NCBI GenBank assembly: GCA_036172245.1
Contig: JAYWIR010000001.1
Span: 2,232,001-2,296,000 of the forward strand
Direction: 5' to 3'
DNA length: 64,000 nt
Origin: Raillietiella orientalis
Taxonomy: Eukaryota
This document shows positions 12,881 to 25,199 of this stretch, piece by piece (the stretch's first letter is position 1; each line of letters opens with the position of its first letter). The notes below the pieces were generated by a model, which had not been told where the DNA came from, ran no database searches, and saw only the letters and a list, made by a program, of their open reading frames with translations. The translations under genes were made by a program, and so were the position numbers.

Positions 12881-14944
12881 CCACCCACTCAACAAACTTC
12901 GACTCGTTGCAAACCCATTGCTCGGTAAAAGATTCTCCTTAGCCATCTTTTCTCTTCCCCACTAGGCCTTCCCGTATTGAAACCGTTATTGTAATGGAGA
13001 TCTAGTTATCAACAAGATCTTCCTCCCTCCAAAACAAATTTGTTCGGGAGATTTGTTTCTGCCTGTGATCTTCAAGCTCTGGTAAGAGCCGCATCAGATT
13101 TCATTTCAGGCTACCTCCAGGGAAGGGGTTGCCTTTGTTTGTCCGACCATCAGCACCTTATGACGGGAGCAACAAAATGCGATCCTTCCGAAAGTAGTAT
13201 TCAGACTTCTGATTCAGATTCAGCTTCGCTCTCGGGATCTTTGCCCTTCGAGAGCAGTTGTCTGCTTCTCGTAATCCAGCGGTTTCCGTACCTGCCGGAT
13301 TGTTCCAGAGCAACCTCCCCACCTCGAAAGCATCCGCAGCATTCCCTCGGTTTTCTCCTGCTACCCGTCTGCCATGACATCGTGGTGTCGCTCCTCGTTC
13401 TATAGATTACCCTGTTGCTCCAGAGCTGGCTCCCCCTGGCTAACTCTATGGGGACAGCTCTCTGAGTGCAAGCACGCATTCCTGCGTGGGCGTGGATTCT
13501 GGCCGTCGAAAAAAAAAGGAAGGATGAGTAAGGGAAGACCTTGGAGAGCATTTCCATCCGGAAGTCCATGCCATGAAGCGCACATCACACCTTTCCCGGT
13601 TAGAATTTACGATTCTTTCCGGATCACCCTCTCTTCCCCTCCACTCAAAACGATGGCTCCGAATTGGACATTTCTTTGTGCTCAGCGCAGGAGTTTGCAT
13701 TTTCATCGTGACCTTCAACAACTTCAGCGCATAGGCTGCTAGTCTCTCTGATGGAAGCCAAGACCTTGATGGTTCTTTCAGGGACCTTTGCACGAAGCTC
13801 CATCGTCAATGGACTACCACCTTAGGATCTGTTCTTTAACGAAGAAAGCTCTGAGAGTGCTATTTTACGAATTATCGTGGCAGCTCGTGGCAATAAAAGA
13901 CAGCTCGGAAAGCCCTCCTGAGCTTCTCATGGGCCATTTCTCGGCGAGAAATCTCTTCACAGTTGTTCTTAATGTTGCATGTTGATAGAGACACGAACAG
14001 TAGACTACGAGGAATTTTTCATCAAATCCTAAGCAGCATGCCCGACCTCTCAATCTGATCCTCAAAGGGAGGCTATAATTCTCAGAAGGTGGTTCGCCAC
14101 CTCACCATTATAAATCATAGGAGTGCTGGATGCTGGTCATCTCTTTCTTGAGATGTTCTGCACGGCAACGAGAGATCTTCAACTCTTTGAACAACTAGTG
14201 GTTTCTTGGAGTCAGATGGATGACCGTACTGACGCTGGGAAGGCGAGTCATCCCTCAATAACTGCTCGCTTTGTGAGGTCCTAAAGTCTCCGCATCTGGT
14301 ACAGAGTTCTCGAAGGAGATGAGAAGTCCAATATGACGTCCATCTTCGTGGATCACCACGTTGGGTTGCATCTGCGAATGGGCCCAAAGTATCGGCTGGA
14401 GGGCGGGAGACCAGCAAAAACGACCACAGTGAAAGCTACCGTAATAGACAAGAGTGATGACAAATTGAAATGGGTGCAACCTGCTTGCAAAATAAAAAAA
14501 TATATAAAAAAATGGAGCACGGAAACCTGGAGCACTGTACAATAAAGCTAAGATTAACTTCCTCGGAAAGCACAGCAAGAAACTCTTCTTCATTCTTTCT
14601 GCTCCATCGAACTGAAAGTTTACCTTTTACCTTTTTGGTTCTTCAATTTTCCCGCCGTTTCTGCTGTCGGGTTTCATAGGGACGAGACGACGGAAGAGTG
14701 GAAATTTTTGTTACTTGCGCTGAATTTTCTGCTCCTAGAAGAGCCAGAATTCTTGACCGTAACCATCTCTCTTCCGCTGCTCCTTTTGCGTTTTCGCCGC
14801 CCGAATGATCACAGCTGAATCTATGGAGCAGTTAAGAAATAGCGTGGCTCTTAAAACAGAAACGAGGGTTAGAAATATCTTAGATGCCTTTAGGACGAGG
14901 AATTTGGAAAAATGTGAGTTGGAAACTTTTTTTTTTGCTGAAAT

Positions 14945-15870
14945 TACGAGGCACATCTCAAAAGTAAGAGCCGATCAGATACAGAGAAAGAACAAAGTAT
15001 GAGAAACAAAAGTGTATTGGTGGTTCTAAACACATGCATCCCCATATCATTTTTCTATGTTGTCGCCATTTTTTTTCAAACCCTTTATACCGTAAAAGAA
15101 GCTTTTTGAAACCCTCTGCATGAAATTCCGCCGCCTGAAAGTTTAGCCATTTCAGCAGCACCGCAGTTTTAAACTCCTCATTTTCCCCTTCGAATCGTTG
15201 AGCCACTTCTTGAGGTGCAGGAAGACGTGGTAGTCACTGGGCGCGAGGTCAGGACTGTAAGACCAAAAAGTACCCATTTGAATTTCGGAATTGTCTGGAA
15301 TGTGCAAACAGCATGCGTTGCCAAGGCTCACGTTGTCGCGAAGGAGGATAATTTCTGATCTCCGCATTTCACGTCGTCGTCGGTTCTGAATGGCACGCCG
15401 CAGTCTTGAAAGCGTTTCACAGAAGACTTGCGAAGTGATGGTTGCTCCAGGCTCCATAAAGTCCACCAAAAGCACATCTTTTTGGTCCCACACACTCCTG
15501 TCCGCACATTCCAGACAATTCAGAACAAATTAAAATGGGAACTTTTTGATCACTCCCCTTCTTACAGTCCTGACCTCGCGCCTAGTGACTACCATGTCTT
15601 CCTGCACTTCCAGATTGCTTCAACGATTCGAGGAAAGTGAGGAGTCGAAAACTGCAGGGCTGATGAATTGGCTGAACTGCCAGGCGGCGGAATTTCATGC
15701 AGAGGGTTTCAAAAGGCTCGTTCCACGGTATCCAACGTGTTTGGAAAAAAATGGCGACTACATAGAAAAAGGACAAGGGGATGGGTGTCTTTAGAACCAC
15801 CAATACATTTTCGTTTCTCTTATTTGTTCTTTGTATTCGCTTAGCACTCACTTTTGAGATGCGGCTCGTA
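14945..15870. mobile_element. Mariner (Tc1/mariner) non-autonomous fold-back derivative made of two 3' halves
   Basis: TA-flanked inverted ends TACGAGGCACATCTCAAAAGT / ACTTTTGAGATGCGGCTCGTA. Minus-strand transposase remnant WDQKDVLLVDF...LLRDN...YSPDLAPSDYHVF. A second YSPDLAPSDYHVF C-terminus lies on the + strand. Confidence 0.9.
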
Positions 15871-16199
15871 TTTTTTACATCATTGGACTAAGATTGGAAT
15901 TGTCTGTTTCGCAGTGCTGGAAAAACTGGAAGTTCTAAAGGAAAAACTGGTCTGGCTGCTTCCTCGTAGACTGTGCAAGTGAAACTGAAGATGAGGGATG
16001 AGGAAACCAAGGCAGAGACGACGTAACTGGGTCCTCTCTCTAAGGCCATGCCAGCATTGTGAACCCAATCATCAAACATGTCAAATGGAAATTGCGTTTT
16101 CGATGGTCTCTAAGAATCCGGAAGACAAGACCCAGGCAGATTAAGAAGAGCAAGGCAAAGTGCCAGAATATTCATTGATCGGGGATGCAGCAAACTGTT

Positions 16200-16750
16200 T
16201 CTTCATTTTCATCTGGAAGCCTGCGTGGGAGAGTAAGAACCAGCTCTTTGAATGCCAACGTAGATTGCATGGCAACCAGAACTTTTGCAACAGTCGGTGT
16301 GTCCTCTCAGGTGATCATCGACATTGCTATCATGATCATGTATGACTCTGGCGTGGAACGTCCACGGAGTTTCTAGAACAACAAATGTAATCCATTTGAA
16401 CATCCCTGTTTTGGATTCCTCACTGTCTGCAGACCCTGCCGATTCTTCATCCTTACCATGCATGTAAAAAAGGTTACCATTCATACTGAGAAGGCAGAAA
16501 TGGAAACAAAGGAAACCAGGAGCACAGTCAACGTAAAAGGGATTAGGTTCTCCACCTTTGAACTTCCTGTGAGAAACCTTGATGCTAGAGCAGACAAATC
16601 CCTTTGGAAAGAATGCCGCTCAACGTGCTCGTGGTTACTTCTCTGGATGAATATCGTCGTAGAGGTCCTCCCGCTTTGCACAATCCCGAAAATGAGTTTC
16701 AAAGAGTGCTCAAAAGCTTCCCCACAAAATGTCGTCCCCCCAGATTTCAT
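16200..16750 (-). mobile_element. LINE ORF1 remnant
   Basis: TGM(F)NG...PESY...EDTP.CCKSSGCH resembles Tx1-type ORF1. Confidence 0.4.
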
Positions 16751-17261
16751 CTTTAATTTCTTCGATCTTCCAGCTCTTCTCTAGAGCTTCGCATCGGGAA
16801 GGTTTCATCCGAGTTCAGCGCAATCACTTTCGAGGGATGCTATGCGAACCTCGCTCGTAAAGTGCAGCTCAAGCAAATAGGGAAAACCCTGGATGAGTTG
16901 CGTTCGCTCCCATCTGGAATAAGAGGAAACAGAGGAAGAGATTTCTTTGGGGAGGAAATGAAACCAAAATCTTCACGGCCTTCCACGTGTGTAGCGCTGC
17001 GAGCCGATCATCTGCAGCGTTGCAACGGAGAAGCTTCCTCAAGACGACGCGCGTCCATCGAACCGAGAAGCAGAGCGATTTCCTGACACAACAGCCGAAT
17101 GAAAACCAAAGTGTTTCCAGAAAGCAAGTAGTCCACGTCCTCTTTCTGTTTACTGGTGAACTCAAGCGTCATTATCGCCATCATTCCGCGTTTCTCTCAG
17201 CAGGATTCCTGGCAGTGGCGATCCTGGCAGGTCCTGTCAAGGTCTTCCTGTTCCCCTCACC

Positions 17262-17515
17262 CACGCTGGCGGCCGCGTGACTGTCTGCTTGCGTGTCAGC
17301 GTACGTCGAGGGTTCGAATCCCACGGGGGGAAGGATCGATGCCAGAGAAATGGGCGCGTCGTGTGGTCGAGTTCCCTCTGGAGGAAAACACTGGTTGGCC
17401 TGGAGGCTCCGCCTGCATCACTGGTGAAAGATGGTTCTCCCGTTGAGTGGACAGGACTAGAAGATGCCCTCTAGGGTCCTTCCAGAAATCAAGGAGCCCT
17501 TCGAGGTCCCCCGTT
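17262..17515 (+). mobile_element. Same SINE family, diverged 5' fragment
   Basis: B-box GGTTCGAATCC (17311-21) and the family box GGGTCCTTCCAGAAATCAAGGAG (17474-96). Confidence 0.6.
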
Positions 17516-17551
17516 AGCTATAAAAAAGGAGCTGCACCATGCAGTGGTCGA

Positions 17552-17631
17552 CCTTAGGAATAGAGAGGAAGGGAAGACACGGACCTATGGAAATACATGT
17601 TTTCCTGAAAACTTCCTCTCTATTCCTAAGG
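17552..17631. repeat. Perfect 20-bp inverted repeat with a 40-nt spacer
   Basis: CCTTAGGAATAGAGAGGAAG (17552-71) and CTTCCTCTCTATTCCTAAGG (17612-31). Confidence 0.92.
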
Positions 17632-17698
17632 GTCTTCCCTTTCTTTCTATTTCTCTATTGTCTCTAGTCGGAAAAGTGTGCCTTTTTTTTTAATTAAA

Positions 17699-19537
17699 AT
17701 GTCCTTCCCCGCGGAAATACTTGCAGAACAATCAAAGATTAAACCGAGTCAACCCTTGAATGATTGGAGAATGCTCTCTTCGTTTCTACGACATAATCCC
17801 GTTCTGAGGTCTGATGGAGTTAGAAGAACCTGGAAAAAGCAAACGGCTGATGACCCACTGCATGATTCCCGACCCGGGGCAACTCTCGATGTCTTTGGCG
17901 GTTTTTTGCATAAAATTTCGGGCAGAAGACAGGACCGTCAATCTGCACGTGATGCACTGGACGAAATGACCGGTTGCGAGCAAGTGCTCGTTTTCTGGTC
18001 CCTCATCCTTCGAGAATAATCTGAAGCCACACACACCGAGAAACTTGGTGTGTGTGACAAAAACTACCTCCTATCCACAACCTCGGGTATCGTTGCATCG
18101 CCTCCAGTCTAGTCTCTGGCACGCGGTGCCATTTCTGTTGTCTCTGTTGCTTTCCCCTCTCTTGTGGCTTACGACGGATACTCAGTTGCTGTTTCAGAAC
18201 ACGTGGCTTGCTACATGCATCTGTATAGCCTCCTAGAAGAGGTGTACAGCTTTTATCGCACAACTACAAGGACCTTCCTTATTGAGCGCTCTCCGCTGGA
18301 AACCCAACAGAAAATTCCGCCGAAGGACCCAAAAGCAACAACAAGCATCTTGGAAACCATCTTTGGCATTTCCATCCACCAGAGAAAATTCTTCTTCCTT
18401 TGAACAAATGATGTGGAGACCATAACTCGTTCTACCAGTTTTTCCTGAAAAAACAAACCAGAGGAAGATTCTAATCCTCATTTTTTTCTTTGGCATCTAC
18501 GGAACACATGCTTTTACTGAGGTTATCACACCAACTTCTTCAGAGAGGATCGAACGATACTCCTCAAGGACAGGGGATGTTCACGTGTAGCTCTGCTCAG
18601 TCGAAAAAGGAAGTCCCATTTCGTGAGTCGTTCTTGTAGTCATTACGACGGTGTCGATGAGGCTTGTAAGGACTTCATTCGGATGAGGATGCGATTAGTT
18701 CCGGGTCCCCGACATCTATTCGGAATGGGATGGGTGCCTACCCTATTTCGGAATAAGACCGCCAGTGAATACTTGTATGAAGAAAGAAGACAGCCTGAAA
18801 CTGATGAAGATGAAGATGAAGCTGAGCCCGACATGTTCATCATTGATAGATGCTTCAAATTACTCACTGCCCAGACAATGCAGTGGAGACATTGGTTCAA
18901 TAGACATTAATAAATGTGGTCCAAAAGAGAATCCTGGAAACACACACCAACTCATGAGGACCTCGGGGACTTCAAGACGGGCATTCGGGGAATTCGCACA
19001 GTGTAGCAGAAACATCGAGAGCCAATGGTCCAAAGGAAGAAGGGCAAGCTCCGGGGAGAACAAAAGTCCACTGGAAATTTACTGATGGAGAGCCTAACAT
19101 AACAGTTGACGGCATCATCTTCAGCAGCAGCACGGGGAGAAAATTTACCTCCGGCGTGAGTGCACCTCAAAGAGGGCACGCTTGGCAATCCCTTGCTCAG
19201 AAGCATCTCGTTCAAGGGAGAGCCATGCGGTGTGTGGGCCTGCATCATGTCTCAAGAGCTCGGTGAATACCACAGTGAGAACCATGAATGTTCCCTTCAT
19301 TTCTGCAGGAAGAGACTGAATGCCACAGACTGCCGCTTTAGGAAACCCGTTTACACGGGTCCAGACGATCGGTGCGAGCTCTTCAGGGCTGCAAGCAAGT
19401 TTGTCTGCAATTACACGTTCTCTACCGAGGTCAATTTGGGTATCCCCGGAAATAGGAGACACAACCGCAGTGCCACCGACGGAGATAACCTTCTCAAGTA
19501 CCGCTGGGACTGCGAAATTCAGTTGAATCTTCCGTGA
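17699..19537 (+). pseudogene. Decayed intronless ORF of unknown origin, interrupted by a Utopia-like fragment
   Basis: ORFs 17678..18019, 18164..18403, 18623..18910 and 19160..19537 share one frame. Only five internal stops occur between 17699 and 18910. TATAAAAAAG lies at 17519-28. Confidence 0.35.
18990..19250 (+). mobile_element. Fragment of the same NeSL/Utopia-like element
   Basis: Nucleotide alignment to the reverse complement of 49625-49860 (WSKGRRAS, KVHWKF, QGRAMRCVG). Confidence 0.65.
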
Positions 19538-22500
19538 ATTTTATTCTTTCCGAAGAAGAACAGGTGTTATCGGAATTCTTCGCTTTCTACACATTCCAAA
19601 AAGGCGGACGACACTCTTCCGACTGTGTGCCCACCCTGTTCATCTGTAACTTCGGTGTCATGACTTCAGAGCTGGGAATGATGCTTGATTATTTATGCTT
19701 AAGACCTGGTACTTCCAATGTAAGGAAGAGGGTTTGATGGATCTAAGAATTAGATGAGGTCTTTTAGGGGACGAACCAGAAGTGAATTATCCAATAGTTC
19801 CAAGAAGGTTCTTTTCTCTTTGAACCTTTTGAAGCAGAGTTAAGCATCTGCCAAGAAACTCCATGTCTCGGCTTTAATTTCGACCGACTGAAGTATTCAA
19901 ATGCAAAGAAGTCAACAAGGATCACAAACGAGTCCCTCAAAGGACTTTCAGTATGAATCTGAAATCCGTAAGCATTCCAGGAAGAAACAGCCCTTGTTTC
20001 CGACATGCATCCACTCAGGAGACGATTTCGGTACTGCACCTGTGCTTGGTTGAGATAAAGCATGAAGATGATTGATTAATTAGAATGCAGATGGGGACCT
20101 AAAAAACATGGATATCGGTCACTGGATGATCTGAGCGACCGGATGCTCCACCTTGTTCTGGTGCCTAAGATCCCGGCAGCTCATGACATTTCGTAAACTA
20201 GCAGATAGGCCGAGGAGGTATGAAGGGGGCGAAGATCGAATGAGAGACAATGCACAATCTGTGGAAGTTCAAGAACCGCCAATTGTCTTTGGACAGTAAA
20301 GTAACCTGAAGATAAATTAGTGACCCAATTTCGTCCTTTATATCTTCTTGTCCACACTCAAACCATATTCCGCGTCAAGTTACCAACTTCGAGCGCCCGG
20401 GCTGCGAGGAGTTTCAAAGTTTCCATCGCATGCGGCGGAAGATTCGAACGCATCATGGTCTCCTGCTGACGGCATCATCAACGCTGCTAGCAAAAAAGCT
20501 GTTTTTGGCGCACCCCAAAGACACTTGATCCAAACGGCTAGAACATTTTCTGGTTTTGAAATCTGGGTGATGGGTATCTTGGTAACGGGATATTCACGAT
20601 TCCTTAGAAAATTCTGTGCAATGTCCTCCTCTGTAGAAGTCGTCACAATCGTTGCGATCTCTAAGTCGGTCACGTGTCTACAAAGACCATTGGAAACTGG
20701 TGATCTGCACTCATCCTTAGCGTTTATTAGCGTTTTCTTGGAAAGCACGTATCATCCAATGGTGTTATCTTCTGGGAGTTTGCAGGCTTGCTGGTGTCCG
20801 CAAATCATTCTGTGGCATTGGTATTCAGCGTGGAGAAACCATCGCCCATGTCGGTCTTTGTTAATCCTTGAAAAAACTTTACTGCAGATTCCAACTTTCA
20901 TTTTGGAACTCTCTTCAGTGATCCGTAATCTCTTCTTCCTGGATTAAGAAATGCAGCGCGCGTGTCTTCCTGAGAATTCTTCATCAATTTGATGGAGCTG
21001 CTGCAGCAAATCTTGGCTCCGAGCTTTCTTTTCGTCATGTATGTCGAATCTCACAGCCAGTCGGAAGGAGTTTTTTGATTTTCGGATCCGCTCATCAGGC
21101 GTCGCATGGGAAAGCAATGTTGAGGATCTTTTCCCAGATGAATTCCTTCGGGATAGACATTCTTTTCCCATGCAAATGCGCTCTGTGGTTCCCCGCTTCC
21201 CTTCGAGACGGCTTTGAGTCGCCTGGACGGTTTCGGACTTTCGTGCCGCTCACAGCCACACACACAGATAGAACGCCAGAAAGGAACCTCCTTGCGGACT
21301 TTTTTTTTGTCAGTGGTCTCTGCCGACCGAATGGCTGGCCATGGAGAGACAAATGATTGTATTATGTGGATTGCATTCTCTGTTGCTCGACGTGGGACTT
21401 GATGAAATGGGAAGGGAATCTCTGCAGAAGATATCGGCAAAGTGCTCCTGGAATTCCCTCATCGGATTGCATGCTTCTGCAGCAGAGCTCGAACTGATCT
21501 CTAAGCGGTGAGATTACCTCAACCACCTGGAGAAACATACATGCGAATTCCTTGGTTCACGATTGAATTGAACTGGATACAGAGTTAGAATTCATTAGCG
21601 AGAAGTCGATTCGTTAGCGATGAGAAGCCATGCTTCGATGTCATCCTTTCCTCATGAAGCTGGGTAGCCGGTACTCAGGGATCAGATCGAATCGATTCGT
21701 GAGCGTCTAGACGAAGTGCCTCTCAGAGCTGGAGGCTTAAATCAGGAGCACTCATCCTTTCCATTTGCCCTTGCATGAATCTTCAGAGCAGATTTCCGGC
21801 AGCTTCTCACATCACTGCCGTGTTTTTCTTCCATTCGTGCGGAGGGGAAACTCGTTCATCAGCTGCAAGAGATGAGAATTGCAGCATGAGGAGCTTTATT
21901 AGTATATTGACTTCAGAAATGAGATGCTTCCCGATTTGCCGTGCATGGAAGAGGATCGTGGCAGTGAAGGTCATGCGCGGCAGACTGAGTGGAACGATCA
22001 AAGATTCAGGAAGAAGAACAGGTGGTGAAGGAGGGCAAATTGCTTCTCACTCAGTTGCCGGCTCGCTGGAAAATTCTTAATTTTCATGATTGCGACTTTG
22101 CCTTTTCCAGTGGCTGCTGAAATTCGAACCCCCTCTGGCTTCTGACTTCTGATCTCCAGGCTTTTCTTCTGACGATTCCAGATTCCAGACCTCAAGATGG
22201 ACTCCCAAGCATCCTCAATGCGTATTTATAAGAACATATTTGATTTCGATAGCTCACTGAGCCCTTTGGTAGAGAAGCTGCTTCAAAATCACGAACAAAC
22301 GTCCGTTTCAGGTATTGACGTCTTGATGAAGACGAAACTTTGCCCAGATGCAATGCTGCGAGCTGTTTTCTTCCGAGAGGGACGATCCGGGTGGCTTTGA
22401 TGAGACGGCTGAAAGCTTTCATTTCACCACAGGTCACTGCGGGTTCCCGGTGGGTGCGGATCCAAGAAGAGTCATGGAGCGAGCGAATCTGGGTTTCTGA

Positions 22501-24221
22501 ATGTTTTCGAGGCTGTAACTGGGAAGCAAATAGTGACGATTTCTCCCGTGACCCAGAGCAGCAGAAAGAGTCGGTCTTGCAGTCTCGATGGCATCGCCTT
22601 CAGGTCTGCAGCAGCATGTTATTCTTGAGAAGAAGATGTTTTCCACTCCGACTGCTAGTGCAGAATAGAGGAACATTCCGTGCACTGCTTCCACGCTGTC
22701 ATTTTCACGTGAACACATGTTTAAAGTGCACAGTGCATGAACGAAGAGATGCCGACTTCTAAAGGTCTTAATTGCATTTCGGGAGAGGAATGATGCTAAT
22801 AAGACTTGCTACTTTTCCGACGAGCTCACTGATCATGTCTGCTTAGCCAGAGAATCCGCTAATTGGGTTTCCTTCCTGTTTGCAGTTAAGGAAGATTCCT
22901 GCAAATTGTAAACACGCAAGGGTCTTCTCTCCCCGCCCCTTGCAGTTCCCTTCCTGTCTGCTCTGGCGAACCCAGTCAAAGAATTACTGAAGGCTCTTCG
23001 CTGTTTGCAGAAGCCGGTGGTCCACCACTTATCCGAGAGGAAAACGAACACGTGCGTGAATCTTTCACGAAATCGGCGATTTCATTCAACAGTATGGGGA
23101 ACGCTCAAGGGCAAGCCAGCAGGAAGCAGCCACGGATCTCGTGCAGCATTTGAAGACAGGTTTTCCCACGGCTCGTGTCTGAGATCTTTGATCTGCGTAC
23201 AGAATCTGAGCGAAAGTCGGAGCAGACCTACGAGTGACCATTTTCTGCGATGCGTGAAGAAACCGTGCGACTTGCGCGTCGACTGATTCGTGTGTCGAAG
23301 GTCGCAGGACCACCATCCCCTAAATCTTGGATTCCGTGGCAGCCCCAAGGGTCCGGATTTGCCTTCTTTTTTTTTTTTCCTGTTGAGCAGATACTCTGAA
23401 ATCCGTCTCTGCAACCTGAACGTTGATGCTGGTCTTACTTTGTTCTTTCCATCTACACTCCCGTGCACATGAGTTTCGTCTTTCGGAATGTCAAGATGAC
23501 AATTCCAATTTCATCAATCAGGAAGGTGACTACAGAACAACCTATGAAGCGAGAGGATTGCATTGTAGGGAACAGATTTTCGACAAACAAGCAAATGGGC
23601 AGGAATTAGCATTTCAGTTGTTATCGTGTGGTTCTGCGTAAGGGGAAGATGCAGTTCTTTGACATCTCTGCTAATTGATGCTTCCGAATTTCCATATTTT
23701 GGACCGCTGGACCCGCAGTTGATTCTTCTTTCTGACCGTTGTTTCTTGAAAGATTTCACACCACCAAAAAATAGCGATCTGAAATGGTGGAGGCAAAGGT
23801 GATTTGCTAAATTCGGATGAAATGTACAAATGAAATGCACAGCTGGAATGTACAGATTTTTATTAAGCGCAAAGTACACGTATTTTCGCTTGCGCAAATG
23901 CACTGGCTGCACAAACTGACAGCCAGGTCAAAGGCAACATGCCTGTAGTGAAGGCGTGCATGACAGTGCCATTCAAAAAGGGATCCGAGCTTTAGAAGGA
24001 TTTCGTGATGTAAGAATCATCTTCTACAACCGCTCCTTTCTAAGGATGCAACTTCTCGGATGAAGAGAGTGGAATTTCCATCTGCTCCAGACTTTTAAGA
24101 GATCATCCTGCTGCATTCCGCTCTCTCTGAGTTGAAAAAGAAGACCTGGCAGAGGAGCCACAATGAATAGTGTACTTTTGGAATATTTATTAATGAAAAG
24201 TAGTATCAGTATTATTGCATT

Positions 24222-24274
24222 CGTAATATTGAAACGTAATATCCGTAATATTGATTCGTAGTATTCGTAATATT
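24222..24274. repeat. Short minisatellite, 22-bp unit x2.5, with five CGTA(A/G)TAT motifs
   Basis: Motifs at 24222, 24235, 24244, 24257 and 24266, in an AT-rich patch. Confidence 0.8.
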
Positions 24275-25152
24275 GCCTACATATGGCATATGATGTGTTC
24301 CACCTACTGCAAAGATAAGCATTTGGAATAGAATAACTTTTGACACTAATGAAGTACTCGGAAGATTTTTCAGCAGATAAAGAATCCTGTTTTTCCCATG
24401 TAGAGTCCATACCTACTCACCAGTTTCCTCTTTTCATTGCTTTTGTTCTTTACGAAGTCCATAAAGTTGAAATTTTAATAGTCTGGGGTGTTTGAAACAT
24501 TTGGAACAAGAGTTCCGATCCCAATTCCTTATCCCACGTGAGCTTATGTCCATGGAAGTATTTAGATTCCCAACAAGATGCCGTTATCTGCAACTCTGTT
24601 CCAATGAAAATTATAAAAAAGCTACCACACAGCAAATGTAAGAGACATGGTGTGTGTGTTTCCCGTGATCGGCCATCATCGCTGGTTTGAAACTTCCTGT
24701 CAGAGCTTGCAATGTGGTACAGCACCCAAGCATGCAGGATCTCATGCGGGAAACTTTGATCTCGAAGACTTGATCCAAATTGAATAAAAAGAACCTGTAC
24801 CAAAAGACAATTTCATCTTACAATACCGAGAAACGCTCTGGACCCCTAGATGAAGAAATTGCTGGTTTGCAAAAGCGATATTATATTTTGTTGAAACAAA
24901 GTGCGCAAGTTGAATTCATTCGGCTTGGCTCTCAATTTCTTAATTGAAGCTGGGATAAATGAGCAAGAACAACCTGCTTCATGCTAGCAAAGACCGGTGA
25001 GAGGACTGAGGTATTGGCTTTTAAGGATGAGAATTTTCTTTTAAAAAACACCCGTTCATATTGTTTTCAACCGGTCACGCTGGGGAGTTTATTGTACAGA
25101 AATATTTACAAAGAAAGCAGTCATATACAAGATAAAATATGTCTTCTTCGTG

Positions 25153-25186
25153 CTGGCTTTACATGACCACTGGCTTTACATGACCA
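25153..25186. repeat. Exact 17-bp tandem duplication
   Basis: CTGGCTTTACATGACCA x2. Confidence 0.95.
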
Positions 25187-25199
25187 TGCAAAGGGAAAC

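Noticed and set aside
17180..17236. Hydrophobic AFLSAGFLAVAILAG ending at a phase-1 GT, as the missing signal exon
   Set aside because: No nearby in-frame ATG, and the donor GTCCTG is poor.
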